A stretch of DNA of 64,000 nt from Candidatus Magasanikiibacteriota bacterium (GCA_021648085.1 JAKITS010000001.1:324948-388947), one strand, 5' to 3'; positions 30,957-40,929 are shown, numbered from the stretch's first letter. A program made the numbers and translations. Notes: generated by a model from the letters alone, not told the origin.

Positions 30957-31838
30957 CTACTTTTTATCACTTAATATTACTGTGTTTGTATCTAAATCTT
31001 TATAATTAACACCAATAACATCCAAATCTCTAAATATAAACACACCGTCATCTTCTACACTTCCAACTTTAGACCAAACATTACGCAAAGAATTGTAATC
31101 TCCAGCCTCTTTTGACATTATTATTGTTGGAACAGACTTTATATTATATCTATCTATCAATTCCTGCCCCTCCAAATCTGAAATATCAACAAGTTTTTCA
31201 CTAGCAAATACAATTCCAAATCTTTGCAAAATAGGTTTTTGTGTCTGAACGACATCAAAACACACATCACAAGTCTTGTCAACTATATATATTGTATTTA
31301 CTAAACCAACCGTCTTGTTTGAAGTATTATCAAAGAAAGGAAGTTTTGTTTTTTCCCATACCAATGTTTTTTCTTCGAATAGTCGTAAATTATTTTTAAA
31401 CGCTCTTGATAACTTACTTTTTATATTTTCTTCAGACTGAAATATTAATGCGGGAAGTTTACTTATATTTAATTTTTTTATCAATTCTTTTGCTGTGTCA
31501 TCATTTGCAAAAATAACTTTGTCATCTAAAATTTCAATATTTTGCGCGAGTAAAACTGTTTTTTCTTCTAACATATCCCCACAACTCTCACAATCCAAAG
31601 GCTTAATAAGTGTCAAGGTTCCTTCTTGCGGTTTTGCAATATCAACCGCTTCGCCCAATTTACTGTTTACAGAAAAGGTAAATAGTGCCATTGCAATAAT
31701 ATTTACAACAACCACAATCGCAAAAAATATAATAAGGTTTCGTGTTAAATTCTTTTTCAATTTTGATAGAATTTTTATATTTTTATATTTTTTTTCACTA
31801 CAACAATCCACAATCTTTTTTTTATTTATATCTGTCAT
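30957..31838 (-). CDS. Membrane-anchored protein with two CxxC thioredoxin-like repeats
   Basis: CC near the N-terminus, TM, then CESC...ISKLPALI and CDVC...IKSVPTII (two repeats each with a cis-Pro-like motif). Confidence 0.7.
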   Translation of the reverse strand: MTDINKKKIVDCCSEKKYKNIKILSKLKKNLTRNLIIFFAIVVVVNIIAMALFTFSVNSKLGEAVDIAKPQEGTLTLIKPLDCESCGDMLEEKTVLLAQNIEILDDKVIFANDDTAKELIKKLNISKLPALIFQSEENIKSKLSRAFKNNLRLFEEKTLVWEKTKLPFFDNTSNKTVGLVNTIYIVDKTCDVCFDVVQTQKPILQRFGIVFASEKLVDISDLEGQELIDRYNIKSVPTIIMSKEAGDYNSLRNVWSKVGSVEDDGVFIFRDLDVIGVNYKDLDTNTVILSDKK

Positions 31839-31858
31839 ATTTTTTCTAATTAATTATC

Positions 31859-32044
31859 TTAACAACCACCAACCATTTCTGGCGATGAGCCATCATCTGT
31901 AAAACTAACAGAAGTAGGCGAAGAACCAATTCCAATCTCAGCCTCATTTATATTCTTGCTCATATCTACAAGCATAAATGTCTGATAAGATGATACCGCA
32001 ATTGCTAAAACCAACATTATAGTTAGAGTTTTTTGTGAAAACAT
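31859..32044 (-). CDS. Small TM-anchored protein ending SPEMVGGC
   Basis: 61 aa; C-terminus shared with the upstream ORF. Confidence 0.75.
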   Translation of the reverse strand: MFSQKTLTIMLVLAIAVSSYQTFMLVDMSKNINEAEIGIGSSPTSVSFTDDGSSPEMVGGC

Positions 32045-32065
32045 ATTTTATTATTTAGAAATTAA

Positions 32066-32794
32066 TTAACAACCACCAACCATTCCAGGTGATTTTATGT
32101 CTGGCTTAAATCCAGAATTTTTTGCTTTTTCTTTTAGATTTTTCAACTCATCTTCGCTCAAATTCATTGTCAAATACTTTATGTCTGAAGTAAATTTTTC
32201 AACCTCTCCAGAAAGTGAATTTGCCATACGCTCTTGCATTTGAGATGGAAAATACATTCCCTTTTGCCGCATAAGCTCATACGCAATTTCAGCATCCGTC
32301 ATTTCTGGATAATTTCTAATTAAATACGCAGCTGTGCCACGCATTGCAATAGAATGTGCACAACCACAGGTTGGAGAGCCATCTTTTCGCACCAAAGTTT
32401 TTACACCACAACAAAATTCACATGTAATATACGGCTCTGTCCCTATTTTTACATACCTTTCCATCTCCTCTTTATTCAATTCAATCGGATTAGAACCTTG
32501 CATTGGTGCCATTATAGACAACTTCTTTATAGATGCATTTATAGCGTTTATACTAGACATATCCAAACCAAGCTCTACTCCATAAAATGGCATTTCTGTT
32601 GGTGTCACTAAAATAGCAACATCTTTTGCAAAGTCTCCAGTCATAATCATACCGTCCATATTGTGAGAACCAATCATTTGTGAGCCTACCTGCATTGCAA
32701 GTGCCTGATTTGCTATCAGCACAAAACCAACCACAACAATTGCCACCTTTTGAAATAAAAGATGGATATTTTTATTTAAAACATATTTTTTCAT
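32066..32794 (-). CDS. Exported Cys/Met-rich protein ending SPGMVGGC
   Basis: Signal/TM, HNMDGMIM, CEFCCG...CGCAH. Confidence 0.8.
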   Translation of the reverse strand: MKKYVLNKNIHLLFQKVAIVVVGFVLIANQALAMQVGSQMIGSHNMDGMIMTGDFAKDVAILVTPTEMPFYGVELGLDMSSINAINASIKKLSIMAPMQGSNPIELNKEEMERYVKIGTEPYITCEFCCGVKTLVRKDGSPTCGCAHSIAMRGTAAYLIRNYPEMTDAEIAYELMRQKGMYFPSQMQERMANSLSGEVEKFTSDIKYLTMNLSEDELKNLKEKAKNSGFKPDIKSPGMVGGC

Positions 32795-32811
32795 ATAACA
32801 TATTTAATTAA

Positions 32812-33252
32812 TTACCAATCTCTACAACACGCAATAATTTGCTCAACTGTTTTTTTAATTTTTGGACTATTTCTCATAAAAAATAAACTCAAAAATATAA
32901 ACCAAACAATCAACAAAAATATAATCGTGTCAACCCAAAACTTATTTTGATCAAGAAAAAAAGCTATAAAAACAATAGATGACAATAAAAAAGGTAGTCT
33001 AAATATATGCCATTTATTTTTTAACTTTCTTTCCAATAAATAATAAAAACCTATCGTACTTTGCCCCATAAGAATTCCTATTACTAAAGGATTGTCAAAC
33101 AAGCCTTTCCAAAAAAGAAAAAGTAATACAATCCAAGCAATAGAAATACTTGCACAAATAGCACAGACCTTAAGTTTTATTATTTGTTTTATAATCAAAA
33201 TTAATAAAAATAAAACTGTAATTAAGACTATTGCAACAATTAGTGAATTCAT
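32812..33252 (-). CDS. Membrane protein with CAIC and C-terminal CCRDW
   Basis: 4-5 TMs; coupled to the upstream ORF. Confidence 0.8.
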   Translation of the reverse strand: MNSLIVAIVLITVLFLLILIIKQIIKLKVCAICASISIAWIVLLFLFWKGLFDNPLVIGILMGQSTIGFYYLLERKLKNKWHIFRLPFLLSSIVFIAFFLDQNKFWVDTIIFLLIVWFIFLSLFFMRNSPKIKKTVEQIIACCRDW

Positions 33253-33776
33253 AGTGTCAATTGCACAATTAAAGAGAACAAAACCAAAAGACTAAATGTA
33301 ATAATAATGCCTTGATAAGGAATTAACTTTCCATTACGCTTTTCTTTTATATACATACTCAAATACGGAGATGCGTACATAATCAAAGTTCCAACAATAA
33401 CACCAACAATAAATTTATTGTACATATAAGTACGGTTCAAAAGAGATCCGTATTCACCAAATAAATATAAATTGAAAGATTGATATTCTGTAATTAACGG
33501 CATAATTGGAATAATTGTAGACAAAAAAACAAGAGTAATAATTATCTGTTTTTGATATTTTATATATTGTTTTTTTACTATTCTCTCTATCCACAAACTA
33601 AGTGCCAAAGCAAAAGCTCCTATAAACATACCGACAATAATAGTAGACACACCCAAATATGCAGCACCGACAGCAAGCGCGCCCGCGCCCGCTGTACACA
33701 GCGGACAATGGGCTTTTGCAATAGTTGGCACAAACAAACCGATAGAAAGAAATGATACAGCTATTTTTTTATTCAT
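33249..33776 (-). CDS. Membrane protein with AHCPLC motif
   Basis: Signal-like N-terminus, HCPLC, about 4 TMs. Confidence 0.8.
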   Translation of the reverse strand: MNKKIAVSFLSIGLFVPTIAKAHCPLCTAGAGALAVGAAYLGVSTIIVGMFIGAFALALSLWIERIVKKQYIKYQKQIIITLVFLSTIIPIMPLITEYQSFNLYLFGEYGSLLNRTYMYNKFIVGVIVGTLIMYASPYLSMYIKEKRNGKLIPYQGIIITFSLLVLFSLIVQLTL

Positions 33777-33785
33777 ATTTTAAAA

Positions 33786-34271
33786 TTACAACTGCATAAA
33801 TTCTGAAGTTCCACCATCATCCATTTGGTAAATTGTAAACAATCCCTTTTTTGAACCTGGCATCCCAGGAGAACCAACTGGCATTCCAGGCATTGCAATT
33901 CCATTTACACTAGGTTTTTCTTCCAAAAGTTTATTTACAGCCTTAACTGGAATATGACCTTCTACAACATAACCATCGTTTATTATTGTTGTATGACAAC
34001 TCTCCATATTTCCTGGTATATTATGTTCATTTTTTATTGTATCCATATCATCTGTTTCTATCATTTCCACTTCAAATCCATTGCGACGAAGATATGAGAC
34101 ATAGTTTGCACAACAACCACAGCTTGGAGATTTATAAACTGTAGCTGTTTTTGCAGACACATTTTCTACACCACCACTAACTCCTTTTTTTGTTATTCCA
34201 ATTCCAGAAATCCAAGCCCCAAATACTAATACTGCAACAGACAAACCAATAATTTTTGTTTTCTTTTTCAT
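33786..34271 (-). CDS. DUF411/CopG-like metal-binding protein
   Basis: YKSPSCGCC, SCHT, VEGHIP, PGMPVGSPGM. Confidence 0.88.
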   Translation of the reverse strand: MKKKTKIIGLSVAVLVFGAWISGIGITKKGVSGGVENVSAKTATVYKSPSCGCCANYVSYLRRNGFEVEMIETDDMDTIKNEHNIPGNMESCHTTIINDGYVVEGHIPVKAVNKLLEEKPSVNGIAMPGMPVGSPGMPGSKKGLFTIYQMDDGGTSEFMQL

Positions 34272-34367
34272 AACTTTAAACTTAAATAATTAATAAATTA
34301 TATATAAATATAATTTTATATATCAAAAAAACCATACCCTAAAAAAACAAGAGTATAGATCTAAAAA

Positions 34368-34748
34368 TTACCAAGTTTTTGGATGAAGTATGCCTATCTT
34401 AAATAGACGAGAAAAATAATTGAAAAAGCTGAAATCACCAAAGCGTGACCGAACTCGTTTTAAATATAAATAAAAATTATCATTTTTTAGCGAACTAAAA
34501 ATAAATGATAGAAAAATAGAAAAAACTAAAGAAAAAAGTATTTTTTCAAATGGATTGGAAGTTAAAACAAAATCATACATATGCATTCCCAAATTTACTG
34601 TATATTGCTCTGTGCAACAAGGCATATCATGGTCTGAAGAATTTTGCATACCAGAAAAAGCCATAGCAACAGAACCACCAAAACAAGAAACTATAAGAGC
34701 TATAAATACTCCTATTGAGAATAAGATTTTCCAATTCATTTTTTTCAT
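34368..34748 (-). CDS. First ORF of the metal cluster; two TMs, DHDMPCC, ends GILHPKTW
   Basis: 126-aa ORF with a His/Met/Cys-rich loop between hydrophobic segments. Confidence 0.7.
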   Translation of the reverse strand: MKKMNWKILFSIGVFIALIVSCFGGSVAMAFSGMQNSSDHDMPCCTEQYTVNLGMHMYDFVLTSNPFEKILFSLVFSIFLSFIFSSLKNDNFYLYLKRVRSRFGDFSFFNYFSRLFKIGILHPKTW

Positions 34749-34840
34749 AGTCTATATATTATAACAAATTTTTTAAAAAGTACAATGCTTTTAAAACAAA
34801 AACAAACCTATTCAAAGGTTTGTTTTTGTTTTAAAAGTTT

Positions 34841-36268
34841 TTATCTTGCAACTCTTGCTCTACTACGATAATTCCCATTACTTCTTTTACCTTGGTTTTG
34901 ACCGTTTCCAGCACTTCTTTTTTTTCTACCAAATCCAGAACCAGAACTTGAAGAGCTAGGTCCAGTTTTTGCATAACTAGAACCTCTTCTTTTGTGTCTA
35001 GAATAAGAATTTCCTCCACTATTTCCTCCTCCGCCACTTCTTCTGTTTCTACCTCTATATCCACCGCCATTGCTTCTGGCATATGAACTTCTACCTGAAC
35101 CACTAAACTCTGGTTCATAAGCTAATTTTGGTCTTGCTTCTGGAAGATCTGGAAGATCCAACATTGGCAATTTCTTGCGCATTAGTCTCTCGATTTTTCT
35201 AACATCATTTCTTTGAGAAGGATTTACAAAAGAAATTGCTTTTCCAGAGCGCCCTGCTCTACCGGTTCTACCGATACGATGAACATAATCTTCTGTACAA
35301 TCTGGCAAATCGAAGTTAATTACCAATGAAATATGTCTTACATCAATTCCACGAGCAGCAATGTCTGTAGCTACCATTACGCGAAATCTTTTGTTTGTAA
35401 AACCATCCAAAGCAGTTCTTCTTTGTGCCTGAGAGCGGTTAGAGTGAATTTCTGTTGCAGTGTGCCCCATTCCGCGGATATCACGAGCGATACGCTTTGC
35501 ACCGTGTTTTGTACGAGAAAAGATAAGAACTGTATTAGATTTATATTCTTCCAAAAGTGCATCGAGCAAACGCATTTTGTTGTTTTTAGCAATCATAAAA
35601 AGTTCATGCTCAATGTTTTCAGCAGAAGTTCCCTGCTGTGCAATTTCAACCCTCATTGGCATATTCATAAATTCTCCTGCAAGAGATGCGATCGATTTCG
35701 GCATAGTTGCAGAAAATAACATAGTCTGTCTTTTTGCTGGAGCAGTTGATAAAATTTTCTTAATCTGTGGCAAAAACCCATCGTCAAGCATTCTGTCTGC
35801 CTCGTCCAATGTCACCATTGTCAACCTATTAAGTTTGTAAACTCCTTGTTTTATCAAGTCGTCCAAACGCCCAGGAGTAGCAACCACAATATGTGGATTG
35901 CGTTTCAAATCCTTTTTCTGTAGATATTGAGAAGCTCCGCCAATTACAACAGCTGTCTGAAGTCCAAGCGGACCACCAACATCTTTTAATGCTCTTTCTA
36001 CTTGAATAGCAAGCTCACGAGTAGGTACCAAAATAAGTCCTTGTCCGTTTGAGTTGATAAGGTGATTTATCATTGGAATACCAAAAGCCAAGGTTTTACC
36101 TGTACCAGTTTGCGCAATACCAATCACATCTCTTCCTTCCAAAGCTCCAGGAATAACATGACTTTGAATAGGTGTTGGGATGTTAAACCCCTTTTTTGTA
36201 AGAATAGAAAGAAATCTCTCGTCTATCCCAAGGTCGCAAAAACGACCTGTTTTTTGTTCTTTTTGCAT
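34841..36268 (-). CDS. DEAD-box RNA helicase (RhlE/CshA-like)
   Basis: PTPIQ, AQTGTGKT, PTRELA, TPGR, DEAD, SAT, HRIGRTGR; Gly/Arg-rich tail. Confidence 0.95.
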   Translation of the reverse strand: MQKEQKTGRFCDLGIDERFLSILTKKGFNIPTPIQSHVIPGALEGRDVIGIAQTGTGKTLAFGIPMINHLINSNGQGLILVPTRELAIQVERALKDVGGPLGLQTAVVIGGASQYLQKKDLKRNPHIVVATPGRLDDLIKQGVYKLNRLTMVTLDEADRMLDDGFLPQIKKILSTAPAKRQTMLFSATMPKSIASLAGEFMNMPMRVEIAQQGTSAENIEHELFMIAKNNKMRLLDALLEEYKSNTVLIFSRTKHGAKRIARDIRGMGHTATEIHSNRSQAQRRTALDGFTNKRFRVMVATDIAARGIDVRHISLVINFDLPDCTEDYVHRIGRTGRAGRSGKAISFVNPSQRNDVRKIERLMRKKLPMLDLPDLPEARPKLAYEPEFSGSGRSSYARSNGGGYRGRNRRSGGGGNSGGNSYSRHKRRGSSYAKTGPSSSSSGSGFGRKKRSAGNGQNQGKRSNGNYRSRARVAR

Positions 36269-36408
36269 ATATATATTGGGTTTTTATCTAAATATTGTAA
36301 TATATTTAGGCAAAACCACTTATGACCCAATTTTCTCCTAGGCCATATATTGACACAAAAAGACTCGAGTCGCTTTGAGCAATCACCCAAAGCATTAATT
36401 TAAAGTAC

Positions 36409-36437
36409 ATTATAACAAAAAAACCTTGAAATGTCAA
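36409..36437 (-). promoter_or_regulatory. Consensus promoter of the DEAD-box helicase
   Basis: TTGACA-17-TATAAT; the -35 box sits inside the cupin gene terminator hairpin. Confidence 0.8.
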
Positions 36438-36458
36438 GGTTTTTTGTTTAAATTCAGC

Positions 36459-36848
36459 TTAATTTTCTGTTGTCACCCCATCAAAGTGCTCTTCTACTTC
36501 TTCTAACTTTGTTTTATGGACAGTGCCATCTTTGTGTTCTGGTGGAGAATAAATTGAATAAACTTTAAGCTCAGACTCTCCAATATTTATAACATTGTGT
36601 TCTGTTCCAGCAGGTATTACTACAGCAAAATCATCTTTTAAAACACTTTCAACACCATCTAAAACAACTTTCGCCTCTCCCTGTTCTACTCTGATAAACT
36701 GATCCAGCTCATGAACTTCGCTTCCAATTTCATCGCCTGGCTGTATATTCATAACAACCAATTGACTACTTTTTGAAGTGTAGAGAACTCTTCGATAATC
36801 ATTATTTTCAAGTGTTTCTTTTTCTATATTTACAATATAACCTTTCAT
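36459..36848 (-). CDS. Cupin-domain protein
   Basis: IGSEVH..DQF, IPAGTEHNVIN, YSPPEH. Confidence 0.9.
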   Translation of the reverse strand: MKGYIVNIEKETLENNDYRRVLYTSKSSQLVVMNIQPGDEIGSEVHELDQFIRVEQGEAKVVLDGVESVLKDDFAVVIPAGTEHNVINIGESELKVYSIYSPPEHKDGTVHKTKLEEVEEHFDGVTTEN

Positions 36849-36934
36849 AAAATTTTATTATTTATTTATACTTTTAGACTAACACAGAAATATCATCTTT
36901 ACAATCTTAATTTTTAAAAAATCCGTGAAGATTC

Positions 36935-38389
36935 TTACAAAAATCTTCCCAAATCCAACTCATTATTAAATCTAATTTTTTTTACAAAATCTGGCATATG
37001 GCTAATCAAAATGATAGTTCCTTCATAATTATTTATAGCTTTTGCTATCACAGGAATATGGCGGAAGTTGATGTGGTTTGTAGGCTCATCCAAAATCAAA
37101 AGTCCAGGTTTCATAAGCGCTAAGCGTGCAAAAGACAATAAACCTTTTTGACCTTCAGACAAATGGGAGATTTTTGATCCCATCAATTCACCAGTAATCA
37201 AAAATCCAGCAGCAATAGCACGCATATCTTGTACGTCGAATCCATCTGCCAACACACTTTCCAAAGAGTCAAAAACAGTCTGATCATAATCCAAAGTTGC
37301 AAAATCTTGACTATAATAACCAATTTTAACTCCTTCCAAAATAACTGCACCATCATTTGTATTTGTAAGCAAAGAGCGCAAAAGTGTACTTTTTCCCACA
37401 CCGTTTGGTCCAGATACAAAAAGCCTATCTTTTTGTCTCAACAAAATATCTACCTCTTTTTCTATTGGCTCATGATTTTTTATCACTTTTACAGAATTCA
37501 AAGTGACTATTTTACCCACAATTTCCTGATTTGGAATATTAAAATCTCTAATAGTTTTATCTTCGCGTCTCACATCTACCTTGTTATCTTCCATATCTCT
37601 CACCTCTTCTTTCAATTTACTCGCCAATTTACGCATTTTCCCACCTTTATTTGCAAAAAAGTTAACTTTTTCTTTATTATCTTTTATTTGTTTCTGCAAT
37701 TGAGCATTTTTCTTTTTCTCTCTTTCAACCCTATTTTTTATCTCTTCTACCACAGTATAATAGTCGCCAACATAAGATTCTATTTTTTTAGTAAATACAT
37801 CCAAATATATCACTCCCTCGGTAAAACAGTTCAAAAAGTCTGCATCATGAGAAATCACAATCACAGTTTTGTCGTACATTATCAAAAATTGTATCAAACT
37901 GTCTATTCCTTCGGTATCCAAATTATTTGTAGGCTCATCCAAAAGCAAAACATCTGGATTTTGTATAAGCGCGTATGCTAGCAAAATTCTAGCTTGCTGA
38001 CCACCAGATAGATCCCCCACTTTTCTCTCAAGCGGTATATCCAAATTCACAGCATTCATTACTCTACTTATGTGACTTCTGATATTTCCAGGAACTTCCA
38101 CAAAAGCTGTTCCAAAATATTCTTCTATTGTTAACGCTAAATCCTCTTTATTTACCACTTGCAAAGATGTTCCTATGGTTATGTTATCATCTATATGAAC
38201 ACTTCCTTTCGTTGGCTTCAATTCCTTTTTTATTAGTTTAAAAAGTGTACTTTTTCCAGCTCCGTTTTGCCCCATTAATGTCACTTTTGAACCTTTACGC
38301 AAACTAAAAGAAGCCTCGTTCAAAACAGGCTTTTTTTCTACATATTCAAATTTTACATCATCAAATCTCAAAATTACGTTTTCTGCCAT
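36935..38389 (-). CDS. ABC-F family ATPase
   Basis: Two ABC cassettes (GQNGAGKST/LSGGQ/LDEPTN; GPNGVGKST/LSEGQ/LDEPTN) with a coiled linker and no TMs. Confidence 0.92.
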   Translation of the reverse strand: MAENVILRFDDVKFEYVEKKPVLNEASFSLRKGSKVTLMGQNGAGKSTLFKLIKKELKPTKGSVHIDDNITIGTSLQVVNKEDLALTIEEYFGTAFVEVPGNIRSHISRVMNAVNLDIPLERKVGDLSGGQQARILLAYALIQNPDVLLLDEPTNNLDTEGIDSLIQFLIMYDKTVIVISHDADFLNCFTEGVIYLDVFTKKIESYVGDYYTVVEEIKNRVEREKKKNAQLQKQIKDNKEKVNFFANKGGKMRKLASKLKEEVRDMEDNKVDVRREDKTIRDFNIPNQEIVGKIVTLNSVKVIKNHEPIEKEVDILLRQKDRLFVSGPNGVGKSTLLRSLLTNTNDGAVILEGVKIGYYSQDFATLDYDQTVFDSLESVLADGFDVQDMRAIAAGFLITGELMGSKISHLSEGQKGLLSFARLALMKPGLLILDEPTNHINFRHIPVIAKAINNYEGTIILISHMPDFVKKIRFNNELDLGRFL

Positions 38390-38567
38390 AGTAGATAATA
38401 GTTTTATAAAGAAAATCTATGATATATTTATCATAGATTTCTTAGGAAATGATAACATTATTTTGTGCTTTTGTCAATGTTTTGGATTAAAAAACAAACC
38501 GAAAAGCAGACCCTCAATGCTGGAAATAACAAAAAAACAAATAGTGTATTACTTAATACACTATTTT

Positions 38568-39146
38568 TTATTTTAATAAAAAAGTTAGGATTTCACCGTT
38601 ATCACCAAAAGATTCTTTATTTATTATATTTATACTTGTAAAAACATTATTTAAAAGTTCATCTAATTCTTTAAAATAAATAGCAATTCCGGGTTTATCT
38701 TTTTTTGTATATTCAATATTTTTATATAAAACTGGAGTTATTAATACAAAAGAAGAATTTTCATTCATCATCTTTTTTACTATTTTTAGGAATTTACTTT
38801 TGTTTTTAATAAATGCTAAAACTAATTTACAAAAAATAACATCTGCTTTTTTATATATATTAAGATTTTCCAAATCCATTTGAATTAACTCTGCTTTCAG
38901 ACCAAGTTTATCTAGGTTTTGTTTTGCTTTTTCCAAAGCTACTTTTGAAAAATCTATTCCAACGACACTAAATCCTTTTTTTATAAAACTAATAAGAGAA
39001 TCCCCCGGTCCACAACCTAAATCTATTAATGTTTTTGGAGATTCCCCTGTTTTTTTATTTATCTCAAGTAAAAGTTTATTTAAAAATTCCTCATTTATGG
39101 GTCTATATTTAGCTCCTTCACTATACAATTTATTCCATTTATCCAT
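38568..39146 (-). CDS. Class I SAM-dependent methyltransferase
   Basis: IDLGCGPG, GIDFS..ALEKA. Confidence 0.88.
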   Translation of the reverse strand: MDKWNKLYSEGAKYRPINEEFLNKLLLEINKKTGESPKTLIDLGCGPGDSLISFIKKGFSVVGIDFSKVALEKAKQNLDKLGLKAELIQMDLENLNIYKKADVIFCKLVLAFIKNKSKFLKIVKKMMNENSSFVLITPVLYKNIEYTKKDKPGIAIYFKELDELLNNVFTSINIINKESFGDNGEILTFLLK

Positions 39147-39190
39147 AAAAAAATATTATCTAATATAAACAAAAAATACTATCTTTTATT

Positions 39191-39516
39191 TTAAACTTTT
39201 TTTATTTTTATTGCTAATACACCAAAATCTTTTTCTTGTTCTGGTGTGTAAAACTTACAATACACATTTGCGCTTTTTTTTCAGTTTTTTTATCTGGAAT
39301 TACATTTTCTAACCCCTCACTCTTTATCATTTCTTTAAAACTAATATAGGAATTCTTTTCTATCACCTCAAATTTTTCTTGTTCATTTACAACCAAAATA
39401 TCACCCAGATTTATTTGAGCAAACTTACCTTTGTTTAACCTACCTTCTACAGTTTTTTGTCCACTTACAATAAAACTATAGTACGGTTCTTGCACATTTA
39501 TTTTTACTATTGTCAT
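39191..39516 (-). pseudogene. ASCH/PUA-like domain gene, frameshifted at an A8 tract
   Basis: SGQKTVEGRL motif. The family-like C-terminus SANVYCKFYTPEQEKDFGVLAIKIKKV* lies in the -1 frame after A8 (39274-39281). Confidence 0.8.
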
Positions 39517-39589
39517 ATTTTAGTTGTTTAATATAATTTAAATTAGTTCATTTTAGACATAAAATCAAGGAATTCAAAAAGTTAGAACT

Positions 39590-39630
39590 TTCGAATCCAT
39601 GCCGAGAGTGAAGCAGTTCACTCTCTCCTC
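39590..39630. repeat. Degenerate copy of the tRNA-Gln trailer module
   Basis: TTCGAATCCATGCC plus hairpin GAGAGTGAA-GCAG-TTCACTCTC; matches 41540-41565 (TTCAAATCCCTGTCGAGAGTGAAGCA). Confidence 0.6.
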
Positions 39631-39708
39631 TCTTCACAAATAAGAACTGTTTCCGAACTTTTTTAACCAAATTAAAATAAAACGTAATTATTTAGTTGTT
39701 GCAAAATA

Positions 39709-40929
39709 TTATCGCAAACAATAAGCAAACCACGTTTTTTGCCTATTTTCCAAAACCCTAGGATATTCAAAAGAAGATCCAATGGAATCACCACAAGCCG
39801 CTGGGGTTCCTGCTTCTTCAATGTAATTCGCTATTGGTGCAACAAATTTTTTATTTCTTAATAAATTGTCAATATCATTTTTATCTGTCGTTATTTTTAC
39901 TGACATATCAGATATATCAAAAGTAACGAGACTATCTCCTATCATCTGAACATATTTTTCAGTATCAATATTGTATAAGTTTCCCATTGTGTAGTAAGTA
40001 TCATAATAATCTCCTTTTTTAACAGGATTACTTGGATATAAGGTTAGTTTAGGCTCTGTATTTCCTTTTGGCCATATATCGCCTGTTGTCTTTAAGAAGT
40101 AAGACGAAGTATTTTGTTGATCATCATAAACGGAACGCAAATAATCACTTGCCGAAATATTTTGATCTAGTATATATGTACGATTTAATGTGCCAATCTT
40201 GTTAAAATAGATCTTGATAGAATCACTACTTACTGGGAATGAGATTTGATGTATACCATCAGGTCTCATTACTGTATTATTTTTCATTACACCATAATTA
40301 TCAAAAACCATCTGATATACTTCATTACCTGTAACTATTCTGTATTCTGTTTGATATTTATTAGATTTTACATAACTTTTTGGTGATAACAGGGTGCCAT
40401 CGTTAGCATTATACAATTGAATAACAGCTTCTCCGTCTACACCATATTCATTTATAGCCAAAACATCATTATCTACATATTGAATTCCTCCCACAATAGA
40501 ATCAATTAGCTTGCTATCAGTTTTATCTTTTAGATCTATTTTATTTATTACTCCTACTTGAGTTTTTTTAACAGAATCATATTTACTATTTATATAATAA
40601 ATAGTATCAGACGACTTATCAAAACTAATAGAAGATACATTAAAAAAATCTATTTTAGGTATATTTAAAATGACCTCTTTTCCTTCTGAGGTTAAGCCAA
40701 TAAATTCTCCAGTATTTTTATCAGAATACACGACAATTGGAGACAATGACTCTAAGTATGTGTTAAATTGCGTTTCTTTTTCTCGATATTCATTATCTAT
40801 ATATATTTTAGATGTAGACGTATCGTTGTTATATTGTAAGTACACAAAAATACCTGTTAAAACAATCAAGCTTGCTAATACGATTGAAATTATTTTAGTT
40901 TTTTTGTTGATAAAATTATCTTTATTCAT
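39709..40929 (-). CDS. Membrane-anchored extracellular hypothetical protein (406 aa)
   Basis: N-terminal TM; Tyr/Asn/Asp-rich, beta-strand-like body; two C-terminal Cys. Confidence 0.8.
   Translation of the reverse strand: MNKDNFINKKTKIISIVLASLIVLTGIFVYLQYNNDTSTSKIYIDNEYREKETQFNTYLESLSPIVVYSDKNTGEFIGLTSEGKEVILNIPKIDFFNVSSISFDKSSDTIYYINSKYDSVKKTQVGVINKIDLKDKTDSKLIDSIVGGIQYVDNDVLAINEYGVDGEAVIQLYNANDGTLLSPKSYVKSNKYQTEYRIVTGNEVYQMVFDNYGVMKNNTVMRPDGIHQISFPVSSDSIKIYFNKIGTLNRTYILDQNISASDYLRSVYDDQQNTSSYFLKTTGDIWPKGNTEPKLTLYPSNPVKKGDYYDTYYTMGNLYNIDTEKYVQMIGDSLVTFDISDMSVKITTDKNDIDNLLRNKKFVAPIANYIEEAGTPAACGDSIGSSFEYPRVLENRQKTWFAYCLR

Noticed and set aside
31859-32794. Selenocysteine or recoded stop after MVGGC; genetic code 25
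   Set aside because: Both stops are TAA, and TGA serves as a normal stop elsewhere (mreD, gatA).
34831-35118. 95-aa Glu/Val-rich alternate-frame ORF
   Set aside because: Shadow of the Gly/Arg/Ser-rich tail of the DEAD-box helicase.
37229-37981. 250-aa plus-strand ORF and the many other antisense ORFs over housekeeping genes
   Set aside because: Antisense shadows of well-supported genes, with no motifs or expression signals.
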